A DNA stretch of 64,000 nucleotides from Antedon mediterranea (taxonomy: Eukaryota > Animalia > Echinodermata): NCBI RefSeq assembly GCF_964355755.1, contig NC_092671.1, forward strand, positions 4,154,001 through 4,218,000, in the 5' to 3' direction. The notes beneath the pieces were generated by a model that saw nothing but the letters and a program-made list of their open reading frames with translations, ran no database searches and was not told the DNA's origin. Position numbers and translations under genes: made by a program. Within the stretch, counting starts at the first letter, position 1; every line of letters starts with the position of its first letter. Below, in pieces: positions 60,018 to 64,000 of the stretch.

Positions 60018-63000
60018 ATGGCGCAATTACAAATGATCTACTTATCGGCTTTAAATTTACTTTTGCTACACTTATTGTCGGCTTCTGGAAGTGGGGTTTT
60101 ATTTTTTAGTGAGCCGAATGCAAATCCGCTGAAAGTTACCAATGATTGTAATAAAAAGTGTGTGGAATTTAGAGGTGTTTGCATCCAAAATAAATGCCGC
60201 TGTTTTAATGGTTACTACGGGCAACTCTGTGAAAAAGGTATTTAAATATATTATTTAATTTTTAATGTTTTTGTTTTCTGTGTTAAAATTGTTTTTCATA
60301 GTTTCAGTTCATGTTTTCTTATTATTACCATTGTCATTTGTCATCTAAGTTTGTCTCAGACGGTTCATGATCTGTTTGTCATGTTGTAAGATCGACTCAC
60401 TCAACTGTAGGCATATTTATATTCTTCGGAACAACAATAACACATAGATTTAAGAACAGTTTAACGATTTTCTTTTTAATGAAGTAAACATTTGATGTAG
60501 CTAGCCTTAGTACATTATGTTCTATAATACAGACGTCACATGTGAAAAACATGAAATGCTGTATCGGGGAATTTGCCTATGATATTGGACAAAATATACA
60601 ATAAGCCTACCGAGAATCTGTTAAGTACATTATGTAATAGGATCACTATATCATAATGGGATTTTTTTTTATCTATGTCATTACATTTCATTTCAATAAT
60701 ATGATCTTTTTTTTTTGAAATTTTCGAAACTTCTTTCTTATGTTGTGTTGTTATTTTGTTTGTTTTATGAATGTTTTAGTATAGTAAAACAATGTTGGAT
60801 CTATCTTCTATTTCTTGTCATTTGTTTCCAGAATTATCGCTAAAGGGTTGAGAGTTATTTTGTTTTGTTAACATAAACTCAGTTCAATTTATTTATTTAT
60901 TTCGTTTTTAAAATTTTTATTTCAATATAAAATCAATTGCGTTAGGCCTATTATCAAACCTCAGTTTTTAAGGTTATTGTAGTAGTTCAATTTCTCCAAG
61001 CTCTTTTTCATTTTTCCATAGGCCTTAACACAATGCAAAACAATCCCCAATTTCATTATTTTTTCCTTTAAATTTTTGATTAGCAAGGGTCAACGGTTAT
61101 TCATTTCCTGTCGTTAAAAGAGGCAAAACCTTGACTTTAAAAGTATTGTTATCTTAAAAAATATGAGATCATTGTCATCAATATATTTAGATATTTTAAA
61201 CGGAAAATCTAAGATAAATAGCCATGAATGTAAGATTTTGTCGCTTGTGGGACTTGGCAAGGAGAGGCGGGAGTGGGGGTATTTGCCATGAATGGAAATT
61301 GTGGCTTGGGGGAGGCGGGGAGTGGAGTATATTTGACACTCTGTGCCCGATACAAAAACTAGCATTCGGAATTTTGCCAAAACAATAATAAAGCCAATGG
61401 TAAATGAAGTTGCCAACTAAAGTATTGTACAAAGCCAAATTATAAAATAATAGAGTAATCATACCGATACTGCGCCCGACACAAAACTCGGATTGGGAAC
61501 TATGCCAGAGAAGAACAATAAAGCAGATTCCGTAGTAAAGAAGTTGCCAACGATATTATATTCTATAAAGCAAACATTGAAAATATAATACGAATCAATG
61601 CGTATTCGCTAATATACGACTAAGATAAATAGCCATGAATGTAAGATTTTGTCGCTTGTGGGACTTGGCAAGGAGAGGCGGGAGTGGGGGTATTTGCCAT
61701 GAATGGAAATTGTGGCTTGGGGGAGGCGGGGAGTGGAGTATATTTGACACTCTGTGCCCGATCCAAAAACTAGCATTCGGAATTTTGCCAAAACAATAAT
61801 AAAGCCAATGGTAAATGAAGTTGCCAACTAAAGTATTGTACAAAGCCAAATTATAAAATAATAGAGTAATCATACCGATACTGCGCCCGACACAAAACTC
61901 GGATTGGGAACTATGCCAGAGAAGAACAATAAAGCAGATTCCGTAGTAAAGAAGTTGCCAAAGATATTATATTCTATAAAGCAAACAGAAAATACAATAC
62001 GAATCAATGCGTATTCGCTTAATAGGACTAATGCGCCCGACACAAAACTCACATTATTGGGAACTACGGCATAAGAATAACAAAGCAAAATTATAAAATG
62101 CAATGCCAACAGAACAGAATTGTTCTATGAAGTCAAATAAAAAGAAAAAAGAAAATACCACAAATTGTTTAGGCCTAATAAACCAACGCGATGTGTGATG
62201 ACAAATTCGTTGATGAATCTGTTAATATAAGTATTTCACTAACAGGTGGATTGGATCATATTGTTACTCTGTAAGCCTCTTGCTCAAAAGTTTCTTACAT
62301 CAAACGGTGACGCACAATTACTCGTTGTCAAAAATTGTGTTTGTCATTGTAGAATTCAATTTCATAATTCAAATAATGAGGTTTATACATTGATATGCTT
62401 TGAATTGAAATTAGCCGATTCATTTTGGGTCAAAATATCTTTAAACATTTTCTAACAACATAAAAGTATTTTTAGTTTTAAATAGAATGTAGCCTACTGT
62501 ACAATAATTTTATTAAAGAATCAGTTCATTTTACAAGTGTTTTATTGGAAACCATAATGATTGGGATGTATTTTTGTTTTGGTATATAAAGTTAGCTATA
62601 ACAATTTTGTATTACTTGCTTACCTATATAACATTATCTTGATTGTTTGTTTAAAAATAAGATTATAACAAGATAAATAAAATAAAAGCATTTAGTAGCA
62701 TTTTTCTTCTTCTTTAAACTTATTTTTTGAAAGCATGTACCCATTCATTGTCAAATTCATTTCTATGTTGTTAAAAAAGTATGTAGGTCAATTATTTACT
62801 TCGTTGTCGTATCATTGCAGCAATCTGTCGTGGTGGTTGTTTAAATGGTGGATTTTGTGACCAACCGAACCAATGTGCTTGTCCCATCGGGTTCAAAGGT
62901 CGACAATGTGAAAAACGTAAGTAAATTACCCACCTCCCACTAAACAAAAATTGACAAGAAATTTGTTTTAAACTATTTGTATTACTTTGTCTTTACTTTA

Positions 63001-63875
63001 TCTCTTTTAGCACGTTGTTCTGGTGGCTGTTTGAACGGCGGCCGGTGCGTCGCAGTACACGGTCGCCCAACTTGTTCGTGTCCATCTGGATATAAAGGAC
63101 GCAGGTGTCAAAATGGTAAGAACAATTGTGAACTGATTACAATTTTAACAATAATCAAAATGCTTCAGAAGTAGGCCTAATAGACTAGAAAATCCCAGAA
63201 AAACACGTTTGAGCCTTGAGTTAGTGTGCATCCAAGTAGGTCTATAGGCCTAACCAAAGCAATTAGGCCTACACCTCCATCGAGGTACATTTTGTTATTC
63301 CATTCACCGTACTCTACTGATGTAATGATCGTAAATTTGCTTGTTTTTCAGCTATTTGCGAGACTTCGTGCTTACACGATGGATATTGTAAACGGCCCAA
63401 TGTTTGCGCATGTTCAACGGGATGGATGGGAACTTACTGCCAATCAGGTACGAGTATTCAAGTTCATAAAACCCAAGGACACTCGTGAATAGCGACATTA
63501 GTATTGATAGGCTTAAAGAATTATCTGAATTATCTGAACCTATATACTGTAGCATTGTCGACCTATGACCTTTTTTTCCACCAGAAGGAAATGTCCTGGG
63601 GATTGACGACCATACACAATACTATTTTTTTATTCAAAATTTTTTATCAGGAACAATACTAATAAAACCTTTTTCTTCATCTTTCATCTTTAGCTGTATG
63701 TTATAGGAAGTGCGAAAACGGCGGAGAGTGCGTTTGGCCGGACACATGCTCATGTCCTGGTCAGTACGTAGGTAAACAGTGCGAAATAAAAGTCGGACAA
63801 GAGAAAGAAAAAAAGAAAAAGTCACAATACGATTTGTATGCCAAATGGTGGGCGTTGTATAATAAAACCAGATAG
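60018..63875 (+). CDS. Secreted protein with five EGF-like repeats (WIF1/VWDE-like spacing), 5 exons, ~232 aa
   Basis: Exons 60018-60237, 62821-62916, 63011-63115, 63352-63447, 63694-63875; all introns phase 1, GT-AG. Hydrophobic signal peptide (MAQLQMIYLSALNLLLLHLLSASG), one 6-Cys EGF unit per exon (e.g. CRGGCLNGGFCDQPNQCACPIGFKGRQC), then tail KVGQEKEKKKKSQYDLYAKWWALYNKTR*. Confidence 0.85.
61209..62065. repeat. 411-bp tandem duplication with nested diverged subrepeats in EGF-gene intron 1
   Basis: Copies start at 61209 and 61620 and are nearly identical; GCCCGA[CT]ACAAAA motif at ~61345, 61474, 61756, 61885, 62035. Confidence 0.9.
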
Positions 63876-64000
63876 AAGCGACATTTCTTTTTTTTAAACT
63901 TTGCGAGGCTGAAAACAACTTTTTTCAAGGCTGAACTGTGTAAAAATTATAATCAAACAGAAAACTACAAGAAGCTGAATAAATCAAACGTTTAGTACTT

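Noticed and set aside
61114-62109. Nested antisense membrane-protein gene
   Set aside because: Short hydrophobic ORFs arise from T-rich duplicated repeats, with stops and frameshifts between them.

Overview
Eukaryotic, AT-rich genomic DNA from an invertebrate animal (deuterostome-like SINE content; species not determinable from this window). Four spliced genes were reconstructed by hand. (1) RWDD3/RSUME (-, 5 exons) has a GC-AG intron and a 1-nt frame discrepancy near its 3' end. (2) A 16-exon, ~925-aa protein (-) ends in a divergent VPS9 (Rab5-family GEF) domain. (3) Mitochondrial-type alanyl-tRNA synthetase AARS2 (+, 19 exons, ~1002 aa) lies head-to-head with the VPS9 gene. (4) A ~232-aa secreted protein (+) consists of five EGF repeats and a basic/aromatic tail. 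Introns and intergenic DNA hold MITEs, two SINE types, CR1/L2/RTE 3' fragments and minisatellites. The most unusual signal is three sequence-unrelated fold-back elements, each carrying a minimal hammerhead-ribozyme-like core. One sits in sense orientation in an AARS2 intron and is covered by a perfect 83-bp antisense arm. There are no prokaryotic features or CRISPR arrays. All calls come from reading the sequence; no searches were run.
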